Source: a virus
Lineage: Duplodnaviria; Heunggongvirae; Uroviricota; Caudoviricetes
IMG/VR virus record: IMGVR_UViG_2595698353_000001
Coordinates: 14,564-78,563 of that record
Strand: one strand, 5' to 3'
Length of the DNA: 64,000 bases
In this document: in pieces, positions 35,570-44,159 of the stretch
Position numbering within the stretch: the stretch's first letter is position 1
How the letters are laid out: the number at the start of each line of letters is the position of its first letter
Notes under the pieces: generated by a model
Seen by the model: only the letters and a program-made list of their open reading frames with translations
What the model was told of the DNA's origin: nothing
Database searches by the model: none
Program-made: the position numbers and the translations under genes

Positions 35570-37060
35570 ATGGCCACTCAGCTTCTCGGTCCCTCCGCGT
35601 CCGGGCCAGACGATGCCATCACCAAGGGCTACGCCGATGCCCGGTACGCGACGCTGGCCAGCCCGACGCTGTCCGGCACGACGACCATCTCTCTGCTGAA
35701 GGTCACCGGCGGCTCGCCGGGGGCGAACAAGGTGCTGACCTCGGACGCCTCCGGCAATGCCTCCTGGGCGACGCAGCTGGTCACCTCGGTGGCCGGACGC
35801 ACCGGCGCGGTGGTGATCAGCCAGGGCGACGTCACCAACCTGACGACCACCCTCGGCACCAAGGCGGACCTCGACGGCAACGGCAAGATCCCGCAGGCGC
35901 AGCTGCCTGCCATCGCGCTCACCGAGCACCTGGGGGCAGTCGCGTCGCAGGCCGCGATGCTCGCGCTCGTCGGGCAGCGCGGCGACTGGTGCACCCGGAC
36001 GGACACCAACACCAACTGGACGCTGATCGCCGAGCCGTCGTCCTCGCTGTCGTCGTGGCTGCAGCACACCTACCCGACCAGCCCGGTCGCCTCGGTGGCC
36101 GGACGCACCGGCGCGGTCACGCTGTCGGTGGCCGACGTATCCGGCGCGGCCCCGCTCGCCAGTCCGGTCTTTACCGGCCTGGTGACCATCACCTCCATGC
36201 TCTTCAACGCCGGGACCAAGGGCGAGGGGAAGGTGATGACCTCCGACTCGTCGGGCTGGGCGCGGTGGGACAACCCGGCAGTCACCTCGGTGGCCGGGAA
36301 GACCGGCGCGGTCGTGCTCGACTCCGAGGACATTCCAGGGCTGGTGGAGGCCATGGCCGCCAAGGCTGACCTGGTGGGCGGGAAGGTGCCCGAGGGGCAG
36401 ATTCCGGTTGCTACCGAGACAAATCTGGGCGGCATACTGCTGCCGGGCGACGGGTTCGGATGGTCTGAGCCCACCAACCCCTACATCGGGTACGCGATAC
36501 TGCAGTCTGGGCCTCCGGGCTCGGACCCCGGGATGGCGGGCCTCCCGTTCTTCTTTAACCTCTTCCAGGCATTCAGCTACTGGACCAGCGGAGACTCCAT
36601 CTCGATCGACCCTGATTACGAAGCTCCGAAGATCGTCCTCGAGGCCCTCAGTGACGATCTCCGAGGCATCATAGCCAGGGGCTACGCCGCTCTGCAGCCC
36701 ATCGACCCGGTGGTGACCTCCGGCACGCTGACCACGCCCGCACTGAAGGTCACCGGAGGCACGCCGGGGGCCGGGAAGGTCCTAACCTCGGACGCGTCCG
36801 GCAACGGCACCTGGCAGAGCTCCGCCGGTGCAGTGTCGTCGGTGGCGGGGAAGACCGGTGCGGTCACGCTCGCCAAGGCCGATGTTGGCCTGGGCAGCGT
36901 CGACAACACCGCCGACTTGGCGAAGCCGGTGTCGACGGCGCAGCAGACCGCGCTCAACGGCAAGGCCAACGCGCTCGGCATCACCACCGGCGTGTGGTCC
37001 GGCCCGTCCGCCAGCCGACCGGCGGTCGGCACCACCGGCGTCGTCTACCTGGAGTTCTGA
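35570..37060 (+). CDS. tail fibre protein with repeated shaft modules
   Basis: Four V[TS]SVAG[RK]TGAV.L repeats, three VLTSD..G..W repeats, KADVGLGSVDNTADLAKPVSTAQQTAL. Confidence 0.85.
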   Translation: MATQLLGPSASGPDDAITKGYADARYATLASPTLSGTTTISLLKVTGGSPGANKVLTSDASGNASWATQLVTSVAGRTGAVVISQGDVTNLTTTLGTKADLDGNGKIPQAQLPAIALTEHLGAVASQAAMLALVGQRGDWCTRTDTNTNWTLIAEPSSSLSSWLQHTYPTSPVASVAGRTGAVTLSVADVSGAAPLASPVFTGLVTITSMLFNAGTKGEGKVMTSDSSGWARWDNPAVTSVAGKTGAVVLDSEDIPGLVEAMAAKADLVGGKVPEGQIPVATETNLGGILLPGDGFGWSEPTNPYIGYAILQSGPPGSDPGMAGLPFFFNLFQAFSYWTSGDSISIDPDYEAPKIVLEALSDDLRGIIARGYAALQPIDPVVTSGTLTTPALKVTGGTPGAGKVLTSDASGNGTWQSSAGAVSSVAGKTGAVTLAKADVGLGSVDNTADLAKPVSTAQQTALNGKANALGITTGVWSGPSASRPAVGTTGVVYLEF

Positions 37061-37800
37061 TGGCAATCAAGGCGTGGTCCGGTGGCGCGTACCAGAATCT
37101 CTACCGGCCGACATTCTGGAATGGCGAGTATTACGAGCAGTACGCGCGCGCCACCATCTGGGACGGCAGTGCGTACCGGACCATCTGGGAGCGCCCGGCC
37201 AGCTACTACGACGGCTTCGAGCGCGCCGACGGCAGCCCCGGGGCGGACTGGTATCGGCGGGCGTACGGTGCCGCCGTCGTCCTCCCCGTCATCAGCGGCG
37301 GATCTCTCCGCGCCGCCCCGACCCAGACCAACAACCAGAACAACCAGTGCGGCGGCGTATACCTGCCGCAGACGATCTCGGACGACATGGTGGTGTCGGC
37401 GACCGTCACCCGGGCCAGCAACGGCCTGACCGGCGGGCTGCTCATCGGCTGCGACTCGACAATCTCGACCGGCGTCGCGGTGTCGTTCACGTCGGCAACG
37501 GCCCACCGGGGGATCTGGAGCATCGTCGGCAGCACCTGGGTACGCCGGGCCGACGTCGCCCTGTCCTGCGCCGTGAGCGACTACATCGCGGTGCAGCGCC
37601 TGGGCACCGTCTACTCGGTCCTCAAGGACGGCAACCAGGTGGCGTCCTGGAACGACTCCACCGGCATCGTCCCGCGCGGCGCTGCGTACCGGCGCGGCGG
37701 CTACCACGGACACTCCGACGTCAACGTCATCGGCAACGGCAACTACGGGATGACCATCGGCGACATCTCGATCTACGACTACTACCAGCTCGGCGTATAA
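37060..37800 (+). CDS. putative fibre tip / lectin-like receptor-binding protein
   Basis: TGATG coupling to fibre; Trp/Tyr-rich beta-sandwich; last of the fibre cluster. Confidence 0.65.
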   Translation: MAIKAWSGGAYQNLYRPTFWNGEYYEQYARATIWDGSAYRTIWERPASYYDGFERADGSPGADWYRRAYGAAVVLPVISGGSLRAAPTQTNNQNNQCGGVYLPQTISDDMVVSATVTRASNGLTGGLLIGCDSTISTGVAVSFTSATAHRGIWSIVGSTWVRRADVALSCAVSDYIAVQRLGTVYSVLKDGNQVASWNDSTGIVPRGAAYRRGGYHGHSDVNVIGNGNYGMTIGDISIYDYYQLGV

Positions 37801-37888
37801 AGAAGACCGGTATGTCGGGCTAGGAGATGTCCTATAGGTCACGTATAGTAGACCCACCAGTCCAAAGCCGAAGCAAAGGGGAGATCAG

Positions 37889-38125
37889 TTGGCTCTGAAC
37901 ATTTCTCGGGAGGATGCGAACAATGTGTTGGCCTTCTACCGGTCGGGCGAGGGATACGACGGCGGGACCTTTACCAACAAGCTGCTGAGCGCCATCGCGT
38001 CGGCGGACGTCCACAATCGAGCCAAACTGCGGGGGGCCTACCCCGAACTCGTGGAGGCCATGCAGGCGGCCGCCACGAGCCCCTGGGGCATCGACGAGAT
38101 CCGCAAGATCGCGGGTGGACGATGA
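37889..38125 (+). CDS. hypothetical protein (island 2)
   Basis: TTG start after GGGGAG; GGTF...LL.AI..AD..N..KL...YPE.V.A; preceded by CCTATAGG and TATAGT (37831-49). Confidence 0.7.
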   Translation: MALNISREDANNVLAFYRSGEGYDGGTFTNKLLSAIASADVHNRAKLRGAYPELVEAMQAAATSPWGIDEIRKIAGGR

Positions 38126-38559
38126 GTCAGCCAGTCCAGATCGGGACGCTCGAGGTCGACGAGCGCCTGGCCCCGCTGGTGCTGGATCTCGAGAGCGCGC
38201 ACGCACACGTCGCCGACACCGAGATCCGGGGAGATGGGTGGGTGGTGGTCGAGTTCTTCGACACCGCTCACGCCGCCGCCCTGATGGAGGTGGGGATCGA
38301 CATCTACCCCGAGGCGCTGTGTGATCGCCTGTGGAAGCTCTCGGCGAGCCTCAGCGTCAGCAGCGGGGAGGGCTGTGACTGCGGGCACCGGCATGTCGAC
38401 ATCCGCATCGGGGTGAAGTTCCCGCTCGCCCACCTCGACAAGGTGAGCGCAGTGCTCCACTCGAACATGCGCAAGGGCGCTCCTCTAGGAGAGCACGAGC
38501 CCCAAGTAGAGGAGCTTGAGGCGATCTTCGCTCTACCGACTCGGGACGAAAGTCGCTGA
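38122..38559 (+). CDS. hypothetical protein (island 2)
   Basis: ATGA coupling. Confidence 0.7.
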   Translation: MSQPVQIGTLEVDERLAPLVLDLESAHAHVADTEIRGDGWVVVEFFDTAHAAALMEVGIDIYPEALCDRLWKLSASLSVSSGEGCDCGHRHVDIRIGVKFPLAHLDKVSAVLHSNMRKGAPLGEHEPQVEELEAIFALPTRDESR

Positions 38560-38576
38560 GCCGCAACAGGAAATCT

Positions 38577-38610
38577 AGCCCAGGTGGGTCACATCCCACC
38601 TGGGCTTTTC
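38577..38610 (+). terminator. intrinsic terminator
   Basis: AGCCCAGGTGGG/CCCACCTGGGCT 12-bp stem plus TTTC. Confidence 0.85.
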
Positions 38611-38669
38611 CTTTGACCAAAACTCCCCTACACTAGATCTTGTTAAACAACTCAGCCGAGGAGGGAAGA

Positions 38670-38990
38670 ATGACCTATAAGTCCGATCTGCACATCTATC
38701 ACAAGACCGAGCGCGGCACGAGGGTCCGTGCCTTCTACACGCGTGAGGGACAGTACGTCGTACAGACGAGCTCCGACCGCCCCAGCCGCTCCGCCGACGA
38801 CGTCGAGGAGTACACCTGGGATGTCCCGATCGGGATCGTCACGCGCAACCCGCTCACGCGCTGCACCGAGCGCTTCTCGCTGCTAAGTGAGACGCTGAAG
38901 CCATCGCGTGGCGTCACCACCGCCATTCGTGAGCTCGCTGCCGACTACGACCGCGTGGCACTCGGGGACCAGCCTCCGGCCTCGGCTTGA
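38670..38990 (+). CDS. hypothetical protein (island 2)
   Basis: ATG after GAGGAGGG. Confidence 0.7.
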   Translation: MTYKSDLHIYHKTERGTRVRAFYTREGQYVVQTSSDRPSRSADDVEEYTWDVPIGIVTRNPLTRCTERFSLLSETLKPSRGVTTAIRELAADYDRVALGDQPPASA

Positions 38991-39016
38991 CACAACCTGT
39001 TGGATTGCTATAGGCT
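38987..39016 (+). promoter_or_regulatory. sigma-A-like promoter TTGACA-N18-TAGGCT
   Basis: Consensus -35, TANNNT -10; RBS AAGGAG downstream. Confidence 0.7.
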
Positions 39017-39067
39017 CTCTACAGGACAGGGGAACACGCCCCGGAATCAACACTCAAGGAGATCGCG

Positions 39068-39397
39068 ATGAGCAAGTTCGATAGCGCCCGCGACGAGGTG
39101 CTGCACGCCCTCACCACCAACGGCTGGGGAGTGGACGGCGGCGACGTCGAGGCCCCCAGCAACTGGTTCGCCTCCGTCACCATCTCGGAAGACGACGTCG
39201 CCAACCTCGACAGCGTCGACCGGGAGCTCGTCGAGTCGCTCGACGTCGACCCGCAGACCCTGGTCGGGTACTTCTTCGTCCAGGAGACGGACCAGGGCTT
39301 CGTGTACGTCCAGAAGTTCGAGACGCCGGAGGAACTCTCCACGCTCTACCAGGCCAAGTCCGCCGACTACCTCGACTGGGTCGAGGTGTCTGCCTGA
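39068..39397 (+). CDS. hypothetical protein (island 2)
   Basis: AAGGAG RBS; GDVEAPSNWF...ETDQGFVYV. Confidence 0.8.
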   Translation: MSKFDSARDEVLHALTTNGWGVDGGDVEAPSNWFASVTISEDDVANLDSVDRELVESLDVDPQTLVGYFFVQETDQGFVYVQKFETPEELSTLYQAKSADYLDWVEVSA

Positions 39398-39603
39398 TGG
39401 CACTCACACGGCGTGAGGCCGCCATCATCGGCGCGTACACCGGCGTCAACATGAAGGACTTCGGCGACATCGTCGCCTACGCCGAGGAGCTGACCGGCGA
39501 GTCGCTCTCGACGATCGCTTTCGCGCTCCCGAGCTTCCAGGCCCGGCTGGCCGAGCTGGCCAAGCCCGACTTCCTCGCCATCGGCGACGCCATCACCGAC
39601 TGA
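39397..39603 (+). CDS. hypothetical protein (island 2)
   Basis: TGATG coupling; AAIIGAYTG. Confidence 0.7.
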   Translation: MALTRREAAIIGAYTGVNMKDFGDIVAYAEELTGESLSTIAFALPSFQARLAELAKPDFLAIGDAITD

Positions 39604-39629
39604 TCACCCCAACCACTCAAGGAGCCCTC

Positions 39630-40034
39630 ATGACCAAGCCCGCTACCATCGCTGACCTGTCGAACCCGCACCCGTTCTTCGACGACTACCGCCTCTCGGA
39701 GATCGGCACGATCGACGTCGGCGAGCTCCTCGACCGCACCGGCCCGCTCGAGGCGTGGGCCGCCTTCGCTAAGGCCATCGAGAAGTCCGGCGGCAAGGTG
39801 GCCACCACCTACTCGGGGAGCACCAGCGTCCGCGTGAGCGTCGCGCCGGACGAGAACCGCCAGCAGGACAACCTGCGCCGCGCCCAGGCCCACTGGGCCG
39901 AGCTCGAACGGATCTACGACACCTGCGTCGCCAACGCCACCGAGCCGGAGGACTGGCGCAAGGACGACCTACTCCGCTGGATCGACCTCGAGGGCGTCAG
40001 CGTCCCGTGGGAGACCAGCGCCGCCGCAGCCTGA
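39630..40034 (+). CDS. hypothetical protein (island 2)
   Basis: AAGGAG RBS. Confidence 0.75.
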   Translation: MTKPATIADLSNPHPFFDDYRLSEIGTIDVGELLDRTGPLEAWAAFAKAIEKSGGKVATTYSGSTSVRVSVAPDENRQQDNLRRAQAHWAELERIYDTCVANATEPEDWRKDDLLRWIDLEGVSVPWETSAAAA

Positions 40035-40060
40035 CCAACCACCACCGAAAGGAGAAGGCC

Positions 40061-40135
40061 ATGACTTGGATCTTCCGCTTCACGCCGAACTGGTTCAGCT
40101 CGATCGGCTGGCTCGAGCTCTTCGGCTCCGCCTGA
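40061..40135 (+). CDS. 24-aa aromatic microprotein MTWIFRFTPNWFSSIGWLELFGSA
   Basis: Strong RBS GAAAGGAG 6 nt before ATG; stop directly followed by a terminator. Confidence 0.6.
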   Translation: MTWIFRFTPNWFSSIGWLELFGSA

Positions 40136-40137
40136 CA

Positions 40138-40174
40138 GAAAGGCCCTCGGATCACCGTCCGGGGGCCTTCTTTC
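40138..40174 (+). terminator. intrinsic terminator
   Basis: AAGGCCCTCGGA/TCCGGGGGCCTT stem plus CTTTC. Confidence 0.8.
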
Positions 40175-40193
40175 GTGCCTCTGACCTGCTGAC

Positions 40194-40223
40194 TTGTGCG
40201 CACCCATAAGTGTCGAGTAAGCT
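40194..40223 (+). promoter_or_regulatory. early-type promoter TTGTGC-N18-TAAGCT
   Basis: Paralog of 28227 and 44381, with leader AGACGAAGCAAGCC. Confidence 0.75.
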
Positions 40224-40258
40224 AGACGAAGCAAGCCACCAACACTCAAGGAGACGCC

Positions 40259-41065
40259 ATGACGACGTTCAACCCCCTCGCCCACCTGGCCCCCGCGCAG
40301 ATCGACGAGCAGATCGCCAAGCGCGAGAGCAACATCGCCCGACTACAGGCGCAGATCGAGCAGGAGGAAGCCCTCCTCAAGCCGCTCACCGACGAGTACA
40401 AGGCGCGCGGCGGCTGGACCCGGGCCTACCTGGTCAACAACGCCGACGGCCACGTGCACAGCACCACCGGCTGCAACACCTGCCGCTGGACCACCCAGTT
40501 CCAGTGGCTGACCTCCCTCTCCGGCCAGAGCCAGGACGAGATCGTCGCCGCCGCCGGTGAGCTGGCCTGCACGGTCTGCTACCCGGACGCTCCGGTCGAG
40601 GTCACCAGCAAGCCGGGCACCCTGCGCACCGACCACCAGGTCGCCCAGGAGCAGCGGGCCAAGGAGAAGGCCGAGCGCGACGCCGAGAAGGCGTCCAAGG
40701 AGGTCCGCTCGCCCGAGACCGGCAAGATCCTGTTCAAGACCCAGCGCGCCGCCGAGATCGAGCTGGTGACCTCGCTCGCCGATCTCTCCGACGCCCTCTT
40801 CCAGCTGAACAGCCAGCCGGAGCGTGCCGGGTTCTGGGTGCAGGCGATCGACGAGCGGGAGGCCAAGGCGCGCTCCATCGCCGCCGCACTGGAGGCCAAG
40901 ACCGGCGAGAATCCGATCGAGGCATCGATCGCCAAGGCTGAGGCCAAGATCATCAAGAGCGTCAAGGACTTCAACAAGCACGACGCGGCCCGCCTGCGAC
41001 TCGACCCGGCCAGCGTCCCCGCCAAGGGCAGCATCGTCGCCCGGCTGACCGAATACCTCGGCTAA
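40259..41065 (+). CDS. Zn-binding hypothetical protein
   Basis: HVH...CNTC...CTVC.PDAP; AAGGAG RBS. Confidence 0.8.
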   Translation: MTTFNPLAHLAPAQIDEQIAKRESNIARLQAQIEQEEALLKPLTDEYKARGGWTRAYLVNNADGHVHSTTGCNTCRWTTQFQWLTSLSGQSQDEIVAAAGELACTVCYPDAPVEVTSKPGTLRTDHQVAQEQRAKEKAERDAEKASKEVRSPETGKILFKTQRAAEIELVTSLADLSDALFQLNSQPERAGFWVQAIDEREAKARSIAAALEAKTGENPIEASIAKAEAKIIKSVKDFNKHDAARLRLDPASVPAKGSIVARLTEYLG

Positions 41066-41074
41066 CCCACCACC

Positions 41075-41101
41075 GCCCCGGGCCACACGGCCCGGGGCTT
41101 T
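41075..41101 (+). terminator. intrinsic terminator
   Basis: GCCCCGGGCC/GGCCCGGGGC stem plus TTT. Confidence 0.7.
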
Positions 41102-41123
41102 CCCCTATCCCAAGGAGAGACCG

Positions 41124-41447
41124 ATGACGGTCCACCGAGACCGCAAGGCCATGCTCGACCTGATCCTCGACGAGCACCTCGAGTGCCGCATCCTCAACCA
41201 CCCGTGGCAGTGGCGCGACGTCGAGGAGGACCGGTACACCGCCACCGAGGTGGTCGCCTGCCCGCGCTGCACCAGCGAGCGGCTGCAGGACTACCGGAAG
41301 ACCGGCCGGGACAGCGGCCTGGTCACCGACACCCGCTACCGGTACGTGAAGGGCTACCTGATCGAGGGCATCGGCCACCTGACCCGCGCGGATCGTGGCT
41401 ATCTCCGCATCCGGCTGGCCGCCTACAGGAAACGCCTGCGCGCGTAG
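41124..41447 (+). CDS. hypothetical protein
   Basis: AAGGAG RBS; ECR..NH.W...CPRC. Confidence 0.75.
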   Translation: MTVHRDRKAMLDLILDEHLECRILNHPWQWRDVEEDRYTATEVVACPRCTSERLQDYRKTGRDSGLVTDTRYRYVKGYLIEGIGHLTRADRGYLRIRLAAYRKRLRA

Positions 41448-41457
41448 TCCCATCTCG

Positions 41458-41503
41458 ACTGCCTCCCGCATCAATTCGTGAAACCACGGACGCGGGAGGC
41501 AGT
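41458..41503 (+). promoter_or_regulatory. perfect 12-bp hairpin occluding the lysin RBS, with GCATCAATT motif at the loop edge
   Basis: ACTGCCTCCCGC(41458-69)/GCGGGAGGCAGT(41492-503); RBS GGGAGG in the 3' arm; TTG start at 41505. Confidence 0.75.
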
Positions 41504-41504
41504 T

Positions 41505-42617
41505 TTGGCTACCAGGCCTGTATTCACCGAGTACGACGAGACCGGAGTCTCGCCGAACCACAGTCAGCGCTGGGGCGCGCGTATCCGCCTCTTCGTGCTG
41601 CATACCCAGGAGGGGCCTGGTGACGCCCGCAGCCTCGCCCGGTACCTGCAGAACCCGTCGAGCGGCGTCTCGTACCACTACACGGGCGACAACAACACCG
41701 TGATCGACGTCGTCGACACCGACCGCGCCAGCTGGTCCGTGCTCGACGCCAACCCGTACTGCATCAACTTCTGCTTCGCCGGGTCGCGTGCCTCGCAGTC
41801 CCGCGAGGTCTGGCTGCGCGAGTACGGCAACGCCATCCGCATCGCCGCCTGGCTGTTCATCCAGGACGCGAAGAAGTACGGCTACGACAAGCGGACGATC
41901 AGCCACGACGAGATCCGCGCGGGCAAGTCCGGCGGCACCGACCACTACGGCATCACCAAGGGCATCGGCATCGGCTCGCACAGCGACTGCGGCCCGAACT
42001 TCCCGTGGGACGTCTACCAGGCCGCCATCACCGAGTTCCTGGCCTCCCCGGCACCGGCCGTCCCTGCGCTGCCCCCGATCGGCAAGATCGAGGAGCAGTA
42101 CAAGGCCACACCGTGGCTCGGCAAGAAGATCACTCGCGAGGTCGACCTGCCCTGCCCGGACGGCCGTGGCCGGTACGCCGAGTACGAGCACGGCTTCATC
42201 TACTGGACGCCGACGACCGGCGCGCGGCCGATCCCGTCCTACCTGATGGAGACCTACCGGCAGCTCGGCTTCGAGTCCGGTCCGCTCGGCTACCCGACGG
42301 CCTTCAACACGGTCCTGCCCGGTGGCGAGATCCAGGCCTTCGAGGGCGGCACGCTCTACCGCAAGGGCCACCCGGGCCAGAACGAGCAGCCCGGCTACTT
42401 CGTGAAGGGCCTGATCGGCGAGCACTGGAAGCGCGCGGGCTTCGAGAACTCGACCTACGGCTGGCCCACCTCGAACGAGGAGCCGACCGAGGACGGCGTC
42501 GGCCGCGTGCAGCGCTTCGAGCGCGGAACCCGGATCATCTGGCCCGGCCCGAACGGCACCGTCGGCGAGCGCGCGCAGGGTGCGGCCGACACCATCATCG
42601 GCGACGGCGCGCACTGA
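41505..42617 (+). CDS. lysin A: N-acetylmuramoyl-L-alanine amidase plus LGFP repeats
   Basis: FVLHTQEG, VSYHY, H.DCGPNFPW (Amidase_2); GPLGYPT and YGWPTSNE LGFP repeats; start likely TTG 41505. Confidence 0.9.
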   Translation: MATRPVFTEYDETGVSPNHSQRWGARIRLFVLHTQEGPGDARSLARYLQNPSSGVSYHYTGDNNTVIDVVDTDRASWSVLDANPYCINFCFAGSRASQSREVWLREYGNAIRIAAWLFIQDAKKYGYDKRTISHDEIRAGKSGGTDHYGITKGIGIGSHSDCGPNFPWDVYQAAITEFLASPAPAVPALPPIGKIEEQYKATPWLGKKITREVDLPCPDGRGRYAEYEHGFIYWTPTTGARPIPSYLMETYRQLGFESGPLGYPTAFNTVLPGGEIQAFEGGTLYRKGHPGQNEQPGYFVKGLIGEHWKRAGFENSTYGWPTSNEEPTEDGVGRVQRFERGTRIIWPGPNGTVGERAQGAADTIIGDGAH

Positions 42618-42688
42618 GCCGTCACCTGTAAACCCCGGTACGAGCCGCGTCAAGGTCTACCGGACCATCACGAGACCAGGAGCCTGCT

Positions 42689-43063
42689 GTGGCTATCTAC
42701 TACGTCAAGAACCTCACCGACAAGACGATCACGCTGTCCTTCGACGAGGACGTCCAGCTGCTCCAGCTGGAGCCCAAGGACAAGCCGGGCGACCGCACCT
42801 CCATCTCGGACGCGGTTGCCTCGCAGCCGGGCTTCCAGCGCCTCTGGGACGGGGGCAAGATCGCCGTCTACGCCACCAACGCGTACACGACTCCGATCAC
42901 CATCCTGAGCCCGCAGGCCGTCGGCGTCGCGACCGGCCTCGCCGGTGCCAGCGCTGCCACCCCGGCACCGACCGCCGGTGGCGGAGCGGCCCTCCCGGCC
43001 ACCCCGAAGGGCTACCTCGACATCACCGTCAACGGTGCCCCGGCGAAGATCGCGTACTACTGA
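42689..43063 (+). CDS. small virion protein with shared N-terminal module
   Basis: YYVKNL...LLQLEP...QPGFQRLW.GGKIAVY; AGGAG RBS. Confidence 0.75.
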   Translation: MAIYYVKNLTDKTITLSFDEDVQLLQLEPKDKPGDRTSISDAVASQPGFQRLWDGGKIAVYATNAYTTPITILSPQAVGVATGLAGASAATPAPTAGGGAALPATPKGYLDITVNGAPAKIAYY

Positions 43064-43084
43064 TCCGCCACGCCTAGCAGGTGC

Positions 43085-43115
43085 GCCCCCGTCCTTTTTG
43101 GACGGGGGTGTATTT
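43085..43115 (+). terminator. intrinsic terminator
   Basis: CGCCCCCGTCC/GGACGGGGGTG stem plus TATTT. Confidence 0.75.
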
Positions 43116-43130
43116 GTCTGGTCCGGCCCG

Positions 43131-43140
43131 CCTCAATAGG
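43131..43140 (+). promoter_or_regulatory. putative late promoter variant CCTCAATAGG
   Basis: Same TCAATAG core about 30 nt before RBS and start. Confidence 0.5.
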
Positions 43141-43168
43141 CAAGCCGCACAGTCAGGAGCTCCCCACC

Positions 43169-44149
43169 GTGGCCATCACCTATGTCTACGATCCGCGTGC
43201 GCGGACGATCACCTTCACCAGTCTCGGCACCTTCGTGCTCGCCCATCTGCGCTCCGTCCGCAACCGCACCCAGGGCCGCGTGCTGTACCTCGCCGGTGAC
43301 CCGGGCGCGAAGGTCGTCGGCAACGTGCTGACGCTCCCGGCGCTGTACAAGGCCACCATCGATTCGTCGACGGACGTCCTCGAGATCTCGTACGACGAGC
43401 AGTTCTGGGGCGGCACCCCGGACCCGTACGACGGCCGCATGGCCGACCTCGTGAAGCGCCCCGGCACCGCGCTGCGCGCGGCCGTCGAGGAGCTTGCTGG
43501 CAGCAGCGGCGGCTCCAGTGAGGAGCTGCAGGCCCTGACCGCCGCCGTCGCACTGAAGGCCCCGCTCGCCTCCCCGGCCTTTACGGGATCCGTCACCGCT
43601 CCGGTGATCAAGCTGACGACCGGCGCGGCGGCGGGCAGGGTGCTCACCTCGGCCGCCGACGGCACCGCCTCGTGGGCGGCCCCGGCCAGCCCCAGCGGGC
43701 TGGTGATCAACGGCGAACCGGTGGGGACGCCGCCCGCCGGAACGTCGGCGGGGGCCGGATACGGCTCAATCGCGATGGGGCACGGGGCCAAGGTGAACGT
43801 CGGCACCCGATCCGTGGTGATCGGCTACGAGGCCAGTGCCTCAAACGGACTCACCGTCGCGATCGGCCACCAGGCCAGCGCAAGCTCGAATCAGACCACG
43901 GCCCTCGGGGACTCCGCGAAGGCTTTCCATCAATACTCCACCGCGATCGGGGTCGGTGCGACCACCACGGGGGAAAATCAGCTCATGCTGGGAAGGTCCT
44001 CCACGACCGTGGTTGCCCCGAACAAGCTGCAGGTCGGCCCGGACGGCCCGATGGCGGCCACCTTCTTCACCCGCACGAACGGGGGCGGGAAGCTCGAGGT
44101 CGTCGCCAAGAGCGGCACCGACGAAATCATCATCGCCACGTTCCCGTAG
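43169..44149 (+). CDS. fibre protein with YadA-head-like repeats
   Basis: About 14-aa repeats SIAMGHGA, SVVIGYEA, TVAIGHQA, TTALGDSA, STAIGVGA; VLTS..DG.ASW shaft; N-module shared with 33926. Confidence 0.8.
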   Translation: MAITYVYDPRARTITFTSLGTFVLAHLRSVRNRTQGRVLYLAGDPGAKVVGNVLTLPALYKATIDSSTDVLEISYDEQFWGGTPDPYDGRMADLVKRPGTALRAAVEELAGSSGGSSEELQALTAAVALKAPLASPAFTGSVTAPVIKLTTGAAAGRVLTSAADGTASWAAPASPSGLVINGEPVGTPPAGTSAGAGYGSIAMGHGAKVNVGTRSVVIGYEASASNGLTVAIGHQASASSNQTTALGDSAKAFHQYSTAIGVGATTTGENQLMLGRSSTTVVAPNKLQVGPDGPMAATFFTRTNGGGKLEVVAKSGTDEIIIATFP

Positions 44150-44159
44150 AGGAGAAGTC

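Noticed and set aside
35780-36870. Repeats in the fibre gene as DGR template/variable repeats or CRISPR repeats
   Set aside because: In-frame protein repeats differing at synonymous positions, not adenine-specific; no reverse transcriptase or cas genes; irregular spacing
38611-38650. TTGACC and TACACT upstream of 38670
   Set aside because: Spacing is 10 nt, incompatible with a -35/-10 pair; a promoter is likely here but cannot be defined
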